Shown: one piece after another, positions 51,048-64,000 of the stretch | Numbering within the stretch: position 1 is the stretch's first letter | Layout of the letters: each line of letters begins with the position of its first letter | Assembly: GCA_964270895.1 (NCBI GenBank) | Contig: OZ185435.1 | Origin: Podarcis filfolensis | Taxonomy: Eukaryota | DNA: 64,000 nt | Strand: one strand, 5' to 3' | Notes under the pieces: generated by a model | What the model saw: the letters and a program-made list of their open reading frames with translations, nothing else | Told to the model about the DNA's origin: nothing | The model's database searches: none | Translations under genes and position numbers: made by a program

Positions 51048-51187
51048 CAAATACAGTAAGTGAAAGGAGCAGATTTTTTCTGAGCGAAAGGCAGAGCCGC
51101 ACACATATGTTCTTCTTCCGAACCTCCACTGGACTCAGGTGGCTTTCATGCATTCGCACTTCTACCTGCTTTGGCATGTTGTTGGCA
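51048..51187 (-). CDS. SLC1A2: SLC1A2 exon 2 (140 nt)
   Basis: atttAG|TGCCAAC...TTTG|GTaag; [46 protein letters not shown]; missed by the ORF track. Confidence 0.97.
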
Positions 51188-54100
51188 CTAAATAAAAGAA
51201 GCAGGGGAAATTAAGACACTGTAAGGTTGGAGTATGCAAGACTTTATGTTGTCACAAAGGAGAAATCAACCAGTTTACTATCATGTTGTTCACCATGACT
51301 TCTTAGTGTTACAAAATTATTTGTAGGTTTCCTTCCTTGGAAGCTAAAATATTAAATACAGGAGCTAAAATATTATTACTTATTATATGCCTAACACAAC
51401 TATATTCTGCACAGAAATTTAAAACTAAGGTCTTCTCCATGTGTTTAAAATCTAAACAGGAGTGTTGAACCTCTAAGAAGATGTTCTTAGATTACAACTC
51501 TCATCATTGGCCATTCTGGTTGGAGGGGCTTAGAGGACACTGATATCTGAGGACAGTGGCAGACACCACTTGCCACTGATCTAAAAAAATCAAATACAAG
51601 AAATCGGGGGAAATTTCTTAAAATGAGAGAAATTGGAGGGGGGAAACGAACATGCCTATATAAACACTGACAGAAATCAGTTTGGAAAAGCAAATGGAAA
51701 CATTAGGAGGGACTGAACAAATCGGATCTCCACAGCAAAGCATTTGGGACACAGCAAACAACCAGAGAAAATGTTCACTGAAGAAAAGAAAAAGGAACTA
51801 CTGTTCAGAAAGCCAGAAAGAATCAGAAGAATGCATAGATAGTTGGGCGAGAGCAGTGCTTCTCTTCCGGAGCTCTCCCAATTCCTAAGTCTTTCAATTC
51901 AGCCACTGCATTGAAGCTAAAGACTTCCTGCTTGAGTGATGTGGAGCCAGCTTGGCGTGATTCAAAGTAGCTCTTTAACCACGTTCTTCAGAATCTGAGG
52001 TATAGCCTTCTCTTTTCTTTTTTCTTTTTATGGTGCCATCTGCCTCATCACAGCTGCCAGCCCCAAACGTTAACTTTTTAATGAGATTGAAATATGTACT
52101 TTAATGAGACCAAAAACTTTTAATGAGCCTCAAAATCAAGCATAAGGCTTGCGCTCCCAACAATTCTACTTTATGTGATAACTGAAGTATTTCACGAGTT
52201 GTTTACAGCTCAGGCTCAACTTATTATAGATTGCATCTCTGTGTCTCTGTAGGCCAACACATCTGAACATTGCTGCACCAGAGCTGCTTCACATTAACTG
52301 AGGTAAAACAGAAAACGTGTTGCCTAAATATCAATTCCCAAGGATGAACATGGATGGGAAAGAGATTGCTTCATACTACCCACAAAGACAAGGATTGTGG
52401 TTCCTGACTTTTCCAGCATTCAGCTTCCAGATCTAGAACTATGAAAGAGCGAGAACAACTTTTCTCTAGCCACCTTCTCCACACCATATATAAGAAAACA
52501 AAACACCCTGAATACAAGAAACATCTGCATAAAAGGAAGGAGATGAAGTGTAAGGGGACACCAAAGACAAACTGGTTTTTGTTTGTCTATTCATGTCAAG
52601 GTTGTTATTTTCCATTGTGGAACTCATGAGATAAGAATCACCAGGATTTGAGCAGAAGAGAGGATGGTGATGACTGTCTGCCCTCCATGAAAAGGCTTGA
52701 ACGCGAAGAAAAACATGCTTTCACCAAAAAAAAGTTTGCATTTGGAAAATGTGAAGACTATCTTGTGACTTTATTTCTATGATGTTCAACTCCCTAAAGC
52801 CTAGCAACTTGACCCTTTCTGCAGAAGTTTATTGAGAATCAGAAAATCCATATTCAGATCTCTGTTTTAATTCAAGGGGCACTGAATCACTTCTCCATGA
52901 GTGTCCAGCAACGTGGCTTGGGAAGTTTATCATCATGGAAATAAAGTCACACAGTACACTCTTCACAATTTCCAAATGCATATGTGACAACATTTAGCCT
53001 AAGCAAGCTGTTCTCCCCCCCCCCCCCCGCCACACACAATATGCCTTGTAAAATGTGGGTTCATTTCTGTCAGCACCATCTTCATTTTGTATGTACTGTT
53101 GCACAATTCACACATCATTGTTTTCTGGACATTTGTCTTGTTTTAATTAGCCTGCATTTTGAAAGCAGATTCTTTGATTTTAGAACCATGGTATCAAAAT
53201 TATTTCATTCAGAATCTTGTATTAGTTGCAACTACACTGTGACCTTTTATTATTATTAGGGGTTCAATGTCCAACTCTCCAAATAAACTGTATTAAGTCC
53301 ATGAATTGCATAAAAGATACAGAAACACTGTGGCTGATTTTCTGGGCATTTCAGCTGGACTAATGTGCCCCACAGGGCTAAAAAAAACCCTCTTTCAAGT
53401 AAGTATGCACAATATACGTTTTTTTGGGGGGGGAACCCAGGGTAGAATAGCAGCACTGAAGTGCTCATAATTAAAACAATATTTGGTTTAATAACTTTGT
53501 CAGGGGCAATAAATTCTGGCATCCTTTTCTTTCAAAGAAGAATTTTCTTAATAACCTTTCTAGATGGTTGCTTCTCAGGGACACCAATTGGTTACTAAAT
53601 GGTTGTCTATATTTACCCAGAATCTGATGAAGCATTGAGCTCTAGTTCAGCTGCAACAGGCATGTTTATGAACATTTTGGACATTTTTGTTACATGCGAT
53701 GGATTGCAGGTCAATGGCTGGTTGCTAAAATGCAATTCTAGCCACTGAGGCTACCTGGGCCTCCAGTGACAGAGAAGAATCCAAAACCACTACCAAACTG
53801 CATATCTGCTCCTTCAGGGCAATTGCAACCATGTTCAGGGAACACAACTGACCAACTTCTTGAACATGGGACCCCCTCACCCACCCATCTTACCAGGAGT
53901 CAAGCCCTGCCAATTTCCCCTCATCCATCCCAACATTGCACCCTGCCTCTCCTGATCCAGAAGTTGTGATGAAATAGAGCGGCACCTTGCTTCAAACTCC
54001 TGATGACAATTCTCAGCACCTTCATGCAGATACTAAACAGAATTGGGGGTAGTAACTGCCTGGGGCCCAAAAAGCACTCCCCTAGTGCTACTCTCTGGAC

Positions 54101-56062
54101 ATGGTCCCTTAGATAGGAACAGAACTACTGTAACACAAGGGCCACAATTTCCATTCCATGGAGCCAGGAGGATATCATAGTCAATGGTAACAGAAGCCAC
54201 AGAGATCAAGAAAGAAAAGCAAGGTTGTGTTCCACTATACTGATTTTAATATAAATCAACATGGAAGGAAATAAAGATAAAAATCGTAACTTCTATGAGT
54301 GTACTCATTGCTATTGCCAACAAAAAAGAAGAAATGGTGATTATCCCATCTTAATACTGATGGAAAAACATACATTGGAGACAAGGGTTTCAATCTGCAA
54401 AGCAAATGAACTCTAAGCCTGTTCCTTCTTCATTTCACCACATCTCCTATGCCAGATATGTTTATATCGTAGTTAGAAGAAACTTGTCTGCTGTAAATTG
54501 TCTCCAGTGAAATGGTAAGGTTTCACAAGGAAACTGATACGCTTTGGGTAAAATAGCGGACTTTGAGACCTTGGAGAAGATGAAAAAACTAATGAGAGAC
54601 GATTTTTCATTCCCAAGACTGACCATCATGATCAAGTTCAAGTCTTGATTAGGTTCTTCCACAACCACCTCAAACAAAATCTATATTAACACCCCACTGA
54701 AAAAGTGCAGAACTTGGTGAGGTCCACTGCACACCCGTCATTGAGTATGTGAGCTGTAGCACCAGGTGGCTCAAGTTCTGCTTTGGCCTGCCAAGAAAAA
54801 GACAAATACAGTACAGTATTTGCCCAAATGCGAAACCTTGACTTCTAGCACTCCAGCATTCTGGTGAATCTTAGATCCATGTGTGAACAGTCCAGATCCA
54901 TTAATAAGGACAGCAAAACATAAGAGGAAGGCATCCTTTCCAGGGGTAGCCATTCCTAAGCAGTGACTTGGAGTAAATATGAACTATAAAGTAACGACTG
55001 CTCAAGATCCTTCTCATACATCTGCATTTTATTACATGGGATTTAAGTATGTTTCCACTGTTCTTTCCTTGGCTGCTGTTCTCTGTGCTTCTCATAGATG
55101 CTGCCAGGAGATTCTTAACTGCAGAATAGAAACCTATCCAAATGCTCCCCCCTCTGCTAGCTCAACGAAAGCCAAGATAAATCCTGAGATTATTTGTTTG
55201 GCCCATTTGCTTACTCCGTGAGAGCTTCTGTGTTTCAAATGACATATATGTCTAGTGAAACATGCATAGGTTAAACTACTGGACTTTAGAGGGATCTGCA
55301 CACAAGGTATATATTATTGACTTTCTATCTAATGATTGATTGATTGATTGGATAGAGATCTTATAATACATAGATACATAGCAAGTGGGGAGTGGGGAGA
55401 GAGCCAGGACTTATGAATTCAGGGTGGGTATCAATACTTGCTGGGTACCCAGCACTGGGAAACTGCTAGGACCCCAGTGCTCCAGCAGGGCCTACTGCTG
55501 CCACTTGCCCGGAGCCCCACATAATTTTTTTAAAAAAATAACTTGACGCTCTTTGCAGTGCTGGATGGTTGGATTTCACTGACATATTAATTTCCTACAA
55601 TCTCCCTGATGCAGTATCACTCTGGAGCATTGTGGGAAGTTAAAATGCAGAAAGACTCAGGCACTTGATCCTGCTTCCAGCATTGACCAGAGTGCTGCAG
55701 CCACCAAGCAGGTCTGATAGGGCCGGCCGACTGAGGAGAATCTAGATGCCACTTTGCCTACAGCCTTCTCATCCCTGGGGCTATCCCTGTATGAAATGCC
55801 AGGCTGTGTGGTCCAGACATGGTGGAGAAGATAAAATGATGGCCAGCCTACCAGCATGGTTGTTGTGGTGCTGAATTGCTAGTTGGGATGACTGTGAATC
55901 CAAGGAAATCTAGATTGCCTTTGCTGTGTCAGGCAGTTATTGAACATCGTCCCTTTCATATACATTACTTCCAGTTTTGTATATTAGATTAACATTATAA
56001 GCCTGTGGCCTGATTTTGACTCCTAAGTCCCTCATAGCATCACTGGTTTGGGCTAGGCAGTA

Positions 56063-56304
56063 CAGTGGTACCTTGGGTTAAGTACTTAATTCGTTCTGGA
56101 GGTCTGTTCTTAACCTGAAACTGTTCTTAACCTGAAGCACCACTTTAGCTAATGGGGCCTGCTGCTGCTGCTGCACCACCGGAGCACGATTTCTGTTCTC
56201 ATCCTGAAGCAAAGTTCTTCACCCAAGGTACTATTTCTGGGTTAGTGGAGTCTGTAACCTGAAGCGTATGTAACCTGAAGCGTATGTAACCCAAGGTACT
56301 ACTG
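56063..56304 (+). mobile_element. TcMar-Tigger-like MITE copy 4
   Basis: CAGTGGTACCTTGGGTTAA...GTAACCCAAGGTACTACTG, TA flanks; subterminal gtaacctgaagcgt repeats. Confidence 0.85.
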
Positions 56305-57565
56305 TATTTGTTTACCAAGGTTAATTTGAATGGATTGGCGCTGATACAATTTCTAATTTGGGTTTCTCCAACTCACAATAGTCTACTAGTCTGATCCTTG
56401 ACAGCAATCTTGAACATCTGTGCAATAGTTGCGCTTTTCGCATGGAATACAATGTTGCATTTTTACACATTGGTGCCATTTCAGTGAAATCACTGCTTCA
56501 GGTTTCATAAGGACAAACACATGCCCCCTTTGTGCATCATTTGCATGAAGAGGGGCAAAGCATGTTGTCAAGGACTTCCAGAATATGTCTCCACCCCCAC
56601 CATGATGGCATCCATTTCTTCCCAGCCCCATCACTGTTGTCCCATGAGTTAGCATGCACATTTAAGGGTTCCTCGAAAAAACCTGTTCATTGAGCATTCG
56701 TCCTGATTTGCTTGCACAAAGCTTATGTGGTAGTTAGACTATGTCTAGTCTTTATTGAGCATCTTCTGATTGGTTTACACAGCAGTTATACAATGACCAT
56801 TCATCCTGATTTGCTTGTGGGGTGCTTATACACCTTACCATTAAACATTCATTCACCCCACATGTGTCAGTTCATCTCCTCGTTATGGTCCTAGCTGCCA
56901 TGTGTGCACCTTAAAAAAGCAACTGGATTTGTTGTGTTGGGTGACTGGTTGCTTTAATATACTTTAACTGGGCAAACCTAAATTTCTGGTTTGTGCTTGA
57001 ATTCCTCCTAACAATTCAGAAGCACTCTAAGTCATATGCGTGTTGAACTTTCAGGCCCACCCACTCCCATGTTTCAAGTTTGTGCTGGGCCTAGAGAAAC
57101 TGTGCAAAAGACCAAACAGGCCAACCAATCAGGCAGATTACAGTTTCAGGGAGGGACAAAGAGTAACAGAATATAACTTTGTCCTACCTGCCCTAGTAGA
57201 CCAGACTGTCAGCAGTATCTTCCTGCTTCATTGTAAGGGTTCCTAACTAGGCTAGAAGCAGAGAACTCAGGACAGATCAATTGGCCACAGGTGAGGCTGC
57301 ATTCCAAGGCAGCTGTGGATAAGGAAAACTGATTCCTAATGGAACCGACTGTGCGTTTATCTCAGTTCAGTATTATAATTAAGGCACAGAGGTGAGGTGA
57401 GCTCAAGAGGCAACTGCAGCAATCCCTAGGGAAGTGGTTGCTTGACCCACATTACCTAACTTAGGCTTTTAGTGAAGCATCTTAGCACTGCAGTCCTCCA
57501 CATGTTTACTAAGAACTAAGTCCCACTAAGTTCAGTGGTGCTTTCTCCCAGGGAAGTGGGCATAG

Positions 57566-57676
57566 CAGCCTTCACAACCTGGTTACTTCCAAATGCTTTT
57601 GGACTACAGCTCCCATCAGCCCTAGCCCAGAGTTCTAGTCCAAAACATCTGAAAGGAACCAGGTTTGTGAAGGCTG
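57566..57676. mobile_element. short squamate hairpin-type non-autonomous element
   Basis: Inverted ends CAGCCTTCACAACCTGG / CCAGGTTTGTGAAGGCTG around ttggactacagctcccatc...tagtccaa. Confidence 0.55.
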
Positions 57677-57729
57677 AGGTCCAAGACTGCTGCATTAGGG
57701 CCAGATTCAATGAAACTGTTGTACTAGCG

Positions 57730-58230
57730 CTAGACAGCATCTTAAAAAGCAGAGACATCACCTTGCCAGCAAAGGTCCGTATAGTTAAAGCTATGGTTTT
57801 CCCAGTAGTGATGTATGGAAGTGAGAGCTGGACCATAAAGAAGGCTGATCGCCGAAGAATTGATGCTTTTGAAGTATGGTGCTAGAGGAGACTCTTGAGA
57901 GTCCCATGGACTGCAAGATGATCAAACCCATCCATTCTTAAGGAAATCAGCCAGAGTGCTCACTGGAAGGACAGATCCTGAAGCTGAGGCTCCAATACTT
58001 TGGCCACCTCATGAGAAGAGAAGACTCCCTGGAAAAGACCCTGATGTTGGGAAAGATGGAGGGCACAAGGAGAAGGGGACGACAGAGGATGAGATGGTTG
58101 GACAGTGTTCTCGAAGCTACCAGCATGAGTTTGACCAAACTGCAGGAGGTAGTGGAAGACAGGAGTGCCTGGCATGCTCTGGTCCATGGGGCCACGAAGA
58201 GTCAGGTACGACTAAACGACTAAACAACAA
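57730..58230 (+). mobile_element. RTE-BovB LINE, 5'-truncated 3' fragment
   Basis: LDSILKSRDITLPAKVRIVKAMVFPVVMYGSESWTIKKADRRRIDAFE...EKTLMLGKMEGTRRRGRQRMRWLD...; BovB tail actaaacgactaaacaacaa; premature stop and frameshift; possible degenerate TSD gtactagcg/gcactagtg. Confidence 0.92.
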
Positions 58231-59274
58231 AAGCACTAGTGAGAGCTACTGCAATGAGCCTTGCTAGTGCAACAGTAGTTTTCTTTCCCCCCTGTGCACC
58301 CCTACCCCAAATTGGCCTGGGGTGTGAGTGTGTCCAGGAGAACCCCAGAACAGTATACCAGAGGAGGTGAAAGGAGATTATCCCGTCTAGTAAGGAGAAA
58401 TGCTTGCACTAATGGAATGATTGTAATAGTACAATACTGAGTTTCATGCTTAAGCACACTTATCTTCCCTGACCCTACAGTTCCATGTCATTAACGCTTC
58501 TTATTTCCTAAATTATTCTCTTTCTCTCTTTTTGGCCTGCTTCATACTTAATACCTTCCCCTCAAAAAAACCCCCAACAACTCTAATTGGGGTTGTTATC
58601 ATCACTGTGATTTCTTACCAGGCAGCATCTCCCTTACAGAGTCATTAGGCGTAGCCTGCTTTCATTAGTTAGAAGGAGCAATCCCATTAAGAGCCATTTG
58701 GATACTAGACGATGAAACCCCCACCCTAAATCCCTTCATTTTTGAGGATGTGCTACCTTTCTGTGAGATGTTAAAAGGATTACAGAAATCAAGTGTAGCA
58801 TAATAGAATCTCTTGTGACAAATTATTTTAGGTCCTAAAGCTTAGTATGTACAGCTTTATCCTTTTTGACAGCTGTTTCTTGGAGCAAGTATATATGATC
58901 ACAGTGCAGCCTGATTTGATGAGTGCATGCCATCTGGTGGAACTGAAAAGGCTTTTTGCAGAGGGAAGCTTTGAAAAACCGATCCAATTCTTCTCATCTA
59001 GAGCAAAGCATTTTTCCTGGTTCCTTCCATAGTTTAACAGCAACCTTCTTTTTCAGGGTTTCTCTTTACCCCTCCTTCCTTGCCCCCACTCTCAACCCAA
59101 TAGAATCCTATCCTTCACACACTGATAACTGAATGCACTGCTATAAAAAAGATTGAAAGGAAGCCTCAAGGCCCCCTGGTGTGTATGTGAAATGAACCGA
59201 GCGGCAAACTAAATAGGTTACCCAGGTGTGCTATTTTTATACTCAGCCTTTCTCAGATGTGTATGAAATCAGAA

Positions 59275-59299
59275 ATATATATATATATATATATATATA
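59275..59299. repeat. (TA)n microsatellite
   Basis: About 12 TA units. Confidence 0.9.
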
Positions 59300-60534
59300 C
59301 ACTGAACATCAACAACAAGTATATATTTGTCATGTTGTCACTTGGTGGCAATACAAAAGTGACAGTACCCACTCTCTGAAATGCCTTCCCTCATGTATTT
59401 CATGAGCTGGAGACAGTAATGGTCTTTAAACGCCTTTTGAAGACCAATGAGTGTGATTCAACTAATGAGAGCTTGTCAACAGAAGCCCTGGACAAGGAAG
59501 TCACACGTTCCCATTCTCTGGCCCATTGGACATAGAAGGTAACAACCTGGGAGCTTCCAGCTGTTATTTCAACAATGGATGGCTGGGGATATGTTTTTGC
59601 CCAACTTTTACAGAATCTTGATCAGGACTGGAATATGGAGAGAGGCATTTCTGGGGACATTAATTGTCCCCTATCTCTAGTTGCTGCCAACACTTTTGTC
59701 CCAATGGGAGATTCTTTCAATATAACCAAAGAGAAATGAACACAGAAGAGTTCAAGGCCCTGTTCCAGTCAACATTCATTTGTTCTCCCTGATTCCCACG
59801 CCCAGCCAAGTATGTTTAAAAATTTAGAAGTCTTGTGTTTACACTGAACAGCGCTTAACAGTGTTGTTGTAGATTGAAGAGTAAATTCTTTGCCCCGATG
59901 TTTAGCTGGAATTATCCTCAGTCATCTCAAAAATGACAAATTGCATAATATTCTCAACTTCAGAAATGTTCTCTGTGACTGCGTGTTTTCTCTTGCAGAT
60001 TCTAAAGTGCATTATATAAACATAATCTAGGATGAAATGGAGAGTCACAAGGCAGAACTTAAAGGCAATGGCTAAAAGGCAGCATAGCGTGATTAAAGAA
60101 CTCATGTGTTTACACAGTAGGCTTTAATTCCAATGCTAATTTTTCACAGGAACCCATCTACAATTATTATTATTTATTTGATTTATTACCCATCCTTCAC
60201 CATAAGGCATTGCTCATGGACTTCTGCCTCACCTTGCCTTTGGATCATGAACAGGATATCTCCCCACCTCCTGGACTTGAGAACTTGGAAGACATAACAT
60301 CTCTCCCTTTTCAAGATTCCACCTCAGTTTATTGGCTCACATCTAGTCTGTCACTGTCTCCAAGCACCTCAGCTGTAATGTATTTCAATGTATTTATTTC
60401 TCTTTCCTCTTAGTTTTAATGTATCTGTGTGAAGTTTGTTATCTGGTTGGTTGGTTGGTTGGTTTTAAGTCACTTTAGGTTGTTGTGGGCAAGATAAAGT
60501 GACTGACAAATTTAATAATAAATAAATAAGTACT

Positions 60535-60870
60535 GCCTCTCCTGACTCAGATGGAGTAAAGCTGGGTGTCATCTGTATATCGATGACAGCTCACTCCATA
60601 TCTCCTGATGACAGCTCCCTTGGTGCTCAGCAGTGCACCCTCCGAATAACTACTCTCTGGAAACTATTATTAAGGTAGTTACGGAACAACTGAAGAACAA
60701 TGCCCCTGACCCTCATCTCCCTGTCACATTCCACAAGTATTGAGTGGTATTGAAAGCCACTCAAGGAGAAAGTCAATGGTACTGGAAGCCACTCATTCAA
60801 GGAGAATGAGCAAGGTTGCAGACCCCACATCTCTTGCCTAAGAAATGATCTCTCCCCCAACAAATGTCAT
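60535..60870 (-). mobile_element. degraded L2/CR1-clade reverse-transcriptase fragment
   Basis: Minus-strand HSIL...MRVRGIVLQLFRNYLNNSFQRVV (cf. GTVLQWFRSYL..RFQ.V) and CHRYTDDTQLY (YADD motif). Confidence 0.65.
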
Positions 60871-63049
60871 TTACCAAGGTGACCAAGGTGGTTTCAGTGC
60901 CAAACTGGCCCTAGAGCCAGACTGGAATTTCTTTCAAGCATTCTTGAAGCTGAACCACCACCCCTTGAATGACTTGAAATTGTATTCAATGCTCCCCTTC
61001 CATTCAGAAGTAATCATTTAATCAATCAGAAAAGAGCTTTCATGAATAGAAAGGAGAGGGGAGCCCTTTTTGCTGATTCCCTGTCCCCCTTACAGTCTGC
61101 TCCCAAGGGTTGGAGTGTGAGAGATGGCTGCCATTTTGGACCAGTTGTAAGGGAAGCCACACAAAGAGTATCGGGCAGTAATCTAGTCTTGAAGTTACCA
61201 AATTTCTCATGTAAGGTAGACATAAAGTGTGTCATCCCAGTTCTCCCTTTAAGAGTTAGGAGCCCACACCTTTTGGGTTGAATTAAGGCTCCTGCAGAGA
61301 TATTTATCTCATTGCAGATCACTTTAAGTTGTGACCATTTGTTAGTCCCATAACAGTCTTGGGTCTTCATCCCAGAGCATGTGAGTAATGTGCTCTAAAA
61401 CGTCTCATCATCATCATCATGATTTTGAAAGAGCATTTAGGAAGCCCTTTTGCTATCTATTTATTTTGTAACACTATTTTAAAATTGCAAGCAAAAGTCT
61501 GAAATCATCATTATGAGCTGCAATTTTAAAAAGTTTTATTAAAAGGGGGTTTCACATGTTTTAGAAAATAATTTGCTTATCATTAGTACTTAACAAAAGG
61601 TGCATTCTTTTCAAAGTCAGCCATGTGTCAGATGTAGTCTATCAAATTCAGAAGACCTTGCATTCATAGTGACTTCATGACAAAAGTTTAAGGAGCAAAA
61701 TGCATCCTATTCAAAACTCTGATTCATGACTAAGGCAGTGATAGACAGATTAAAAATGTGATAATTAGGTTAATTATGCTGTGAGCAAAAAATATCCAGA
61801 AAATATTCAGTTCCACACTGGGAATTCTGCATTTATGCCATAGTGTTTGGGCATCGTCTCATTGAAGTTCCCTGCTTTGAAGTGCCAAATATTTCAGCTG
61901 GGGTGATTTAAATCACATTCTTAACTCCCATTGATATCAATGGCACTGCAAAATGCTTAAGCCCATTGTGTTATACTTGGGAATAAGTCCAATTGAACTA
62001 AATGGGACATACCTTTGAGCAGGCCTGTTTAGGGCTGTACAGTAACCCTGGGCGGATTGTGCCCTGCTTTTCCTGTTATGGTGACTTTCAGTACTAGAGG
62101 CTTTTGAATGGGATAGTGCCCAGAATCTGGGGTTCTCAGAACCCTGCTTTTCTGCCATAAAAAGCAACTTTCTAGAAGACTGATTAGGTCTTAATAATAA
62201 AAATGCCCACGCTCTAAATATTTATTTTTAGAAAATGTCACTTTATGCACAATTTTAACACTTCTTGCCACAGCCACTTAACCTTTAAAAGGATCTAGGA
62301 TGGAACACTTTGTTTCAATTTGCATTACAGAATTTTATAAGATGAAGTCTGGTGTTGTTAATGCTTACTGCTCTCTGAATATTTTAAACACTCCAGCAAT
62401 TGTGTTTTATGACTAAGGCCTTGACGTTGTTAAATCATGTCTTTCCCCTCCGTAGTCATGGAAGAAACAGGGCTAGGTTTAACCATGTTTTCTCAATGCA
62501 ATTGTGGGAGAGAGAGATTTCTGCCTCTCAGTTTTACAAAAGCTTCAGGTAGGGTTTAGGATTTTGTTTGGCATCACACAGGGAACAAAAAATCATGTAG
62601 ATGTTTTGGGACTCTGAGATTGGAGCTCCCCCCTCCCCTTTTAAAAAAAACTACACCAAGGTTCCAGCCATCATAATTGTGAAAAAAAATCCTGAAATTT
62701 ATGCCAGAAACAAGAAATTGCCCAGCGGGTCTTTCAGATGCTTAAACGTCTGTCAGTGCTTGAATTATGTGTGCATCACCAAGAAGAGAACAAAAGAAGC
62801 AAAGATTTGCATTAAGTTTGTACATACGAATATATGTACATACAAATATATGTACTTATATGTAGTGGTGCAAGTTTAGAAATTATCATTACAATTTAAA
62901 TAGACATGCAACATGCACCACCATAGCAGGGAAGACTATGACTTGGTAACCTGTGTGGCTATTCAGTGTGATGTCCAGATGTTTATGGGTAACTCCCTTT
63001 GTATGGTTCTTTATCTTTAAACTAGACTTGAACCAGACAGAATTTTAAA

Positions 63050-63126
63050 AAGAGGACTCCATCAAATAGAGGACAGCCCTTTAACTAGAGGGTTGTCCTC
63101 TGTAGGGTAGGATACATGGCCACTCT
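63050..63126. mobile_element. hAT (Blackjack-like) terminal fragment
   Basis: aagaggac...gaggac...tgtcctct...ggatacatggccactcta resembles a Blackjack-type right end. Confidence 0.35.
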
Positions 63127-64000
63127 AAGCAGATGGAGATGTTATATACATGCCTTATAGTGAGCTGTGGTCCACAACAGCTTATGACATAATAAATTTG
63201 TTTGTTTCTAAGATGCTACAAGACATTGCTATTTTTAGACTTACATCCACTGACACATAAGTCAGAGGCTCTGCCCATTTGCAGCAACAGAGAACAGGGA
63301 ACAGCTTAAGGTATATCCAAATATTTTTAAAACTTGTCATTCAAGAATCCAATTCCTTTTTAAAATAAATGCTAGATCTGTCATCCCATGGCCTTTTTGT
63401 AAATTCATTATCCTTTCAATGAAAGTGGGGACAAGATTTACTTTCTACGGAACAAGTGGATGGAATCCTACCTGCATCCCCCCTCTTTGGCTCCATAAGT
63501 TTATATTCCAGCAAAGCTTTTTCATTCACATAGGTTTGGCTGAGAAAGGAACCTGGCAGCCAGACTAGCAACTGGAGGCTTTTGCAGGTCAAATTAATAG
63601 TGTGCCTGTTCCACTTTGTGATATCGCACTACAGCTGTAGTTGTTGTGCTTAATTTAGGAGTCCGTAATTTCTTTCAGAAATGGGTGGTGTGAGAGGAGT
63701 TGATAACGGCCACCAAAAGTTTTCACTTAGCACAGCAGCTGCTTTTCCCTTATGGATGGCAACTGCATGTCCAAATAATAGCTACCGTACTCACTGATGA
63801 CAATAAAGCTAGGGTTTGCTCATGCATTACTTTCCCCCGAAAGTGCTGAATAAACCCAGAATGTATGGAATTGATGGCAGTATTGCTTCCTCTGCACATG
63901 CACGCAAATACAACTGACCCAACTTCAAGTCAGGCATCTGTATACACTGCGGTACCACAAATGCACATTTCCCTTCATTTGTTATCCTCATGCATAAATA

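Noticed and set aside
51188-64000. SLC1A2 exon 1 (MASTEG) or the MVS-type alternative first exon
   Set aside because: No matching coding sequence with a GT donor found; exon 1 is probably beyond the window. Non-coding alternative exons using the in-frame ATG in exon 2 cannot be excluded

Overview
Vertebrate genomic DNA, not prokaryotic. Sauria SINE, BovB, Squam3-like SINEs and Tigger/Tc2/hAT MITEs point to a squamate, probably a lacertid-type lizard (inference). Two convergent spliced genes are present. (1) The 3' part of CD44 on + has six mutually homologous, frame-preserving phase-1 stem ('variable'-type) exons (472-6743), a membrane-proximal exon, the TM exon and the cytoplasmic-tail exon (stop 10565-10567). 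(2) SLC1A2 (EAAT2/GLT-1) on - has exons 2-11 (51187 to 23212), all with GT-AG boundaries and human-like sizes. It also has the intron-10 read-through GLT-1b C-terminus (stop 26969-26971) and a probable ~9.6-kb 3'UTR. SLC1A2 exon 1 and the CD44 Link-domain exons were not found in the window. Most ORF-track entries are spurious. The most interesting observations are the tandemly duplicated CD44 exon cassette array with its own A/C-rich acceptor motif, a possible acceptor-sequestering RNA stem overlapping ESRP-type motifs, a candidate short-tail CD44 acceptor, and nested inverted transposon pairs bracketing SLC1A2 exons 3-4. All family and motif assignments are from manual reading and recall, not database searches.
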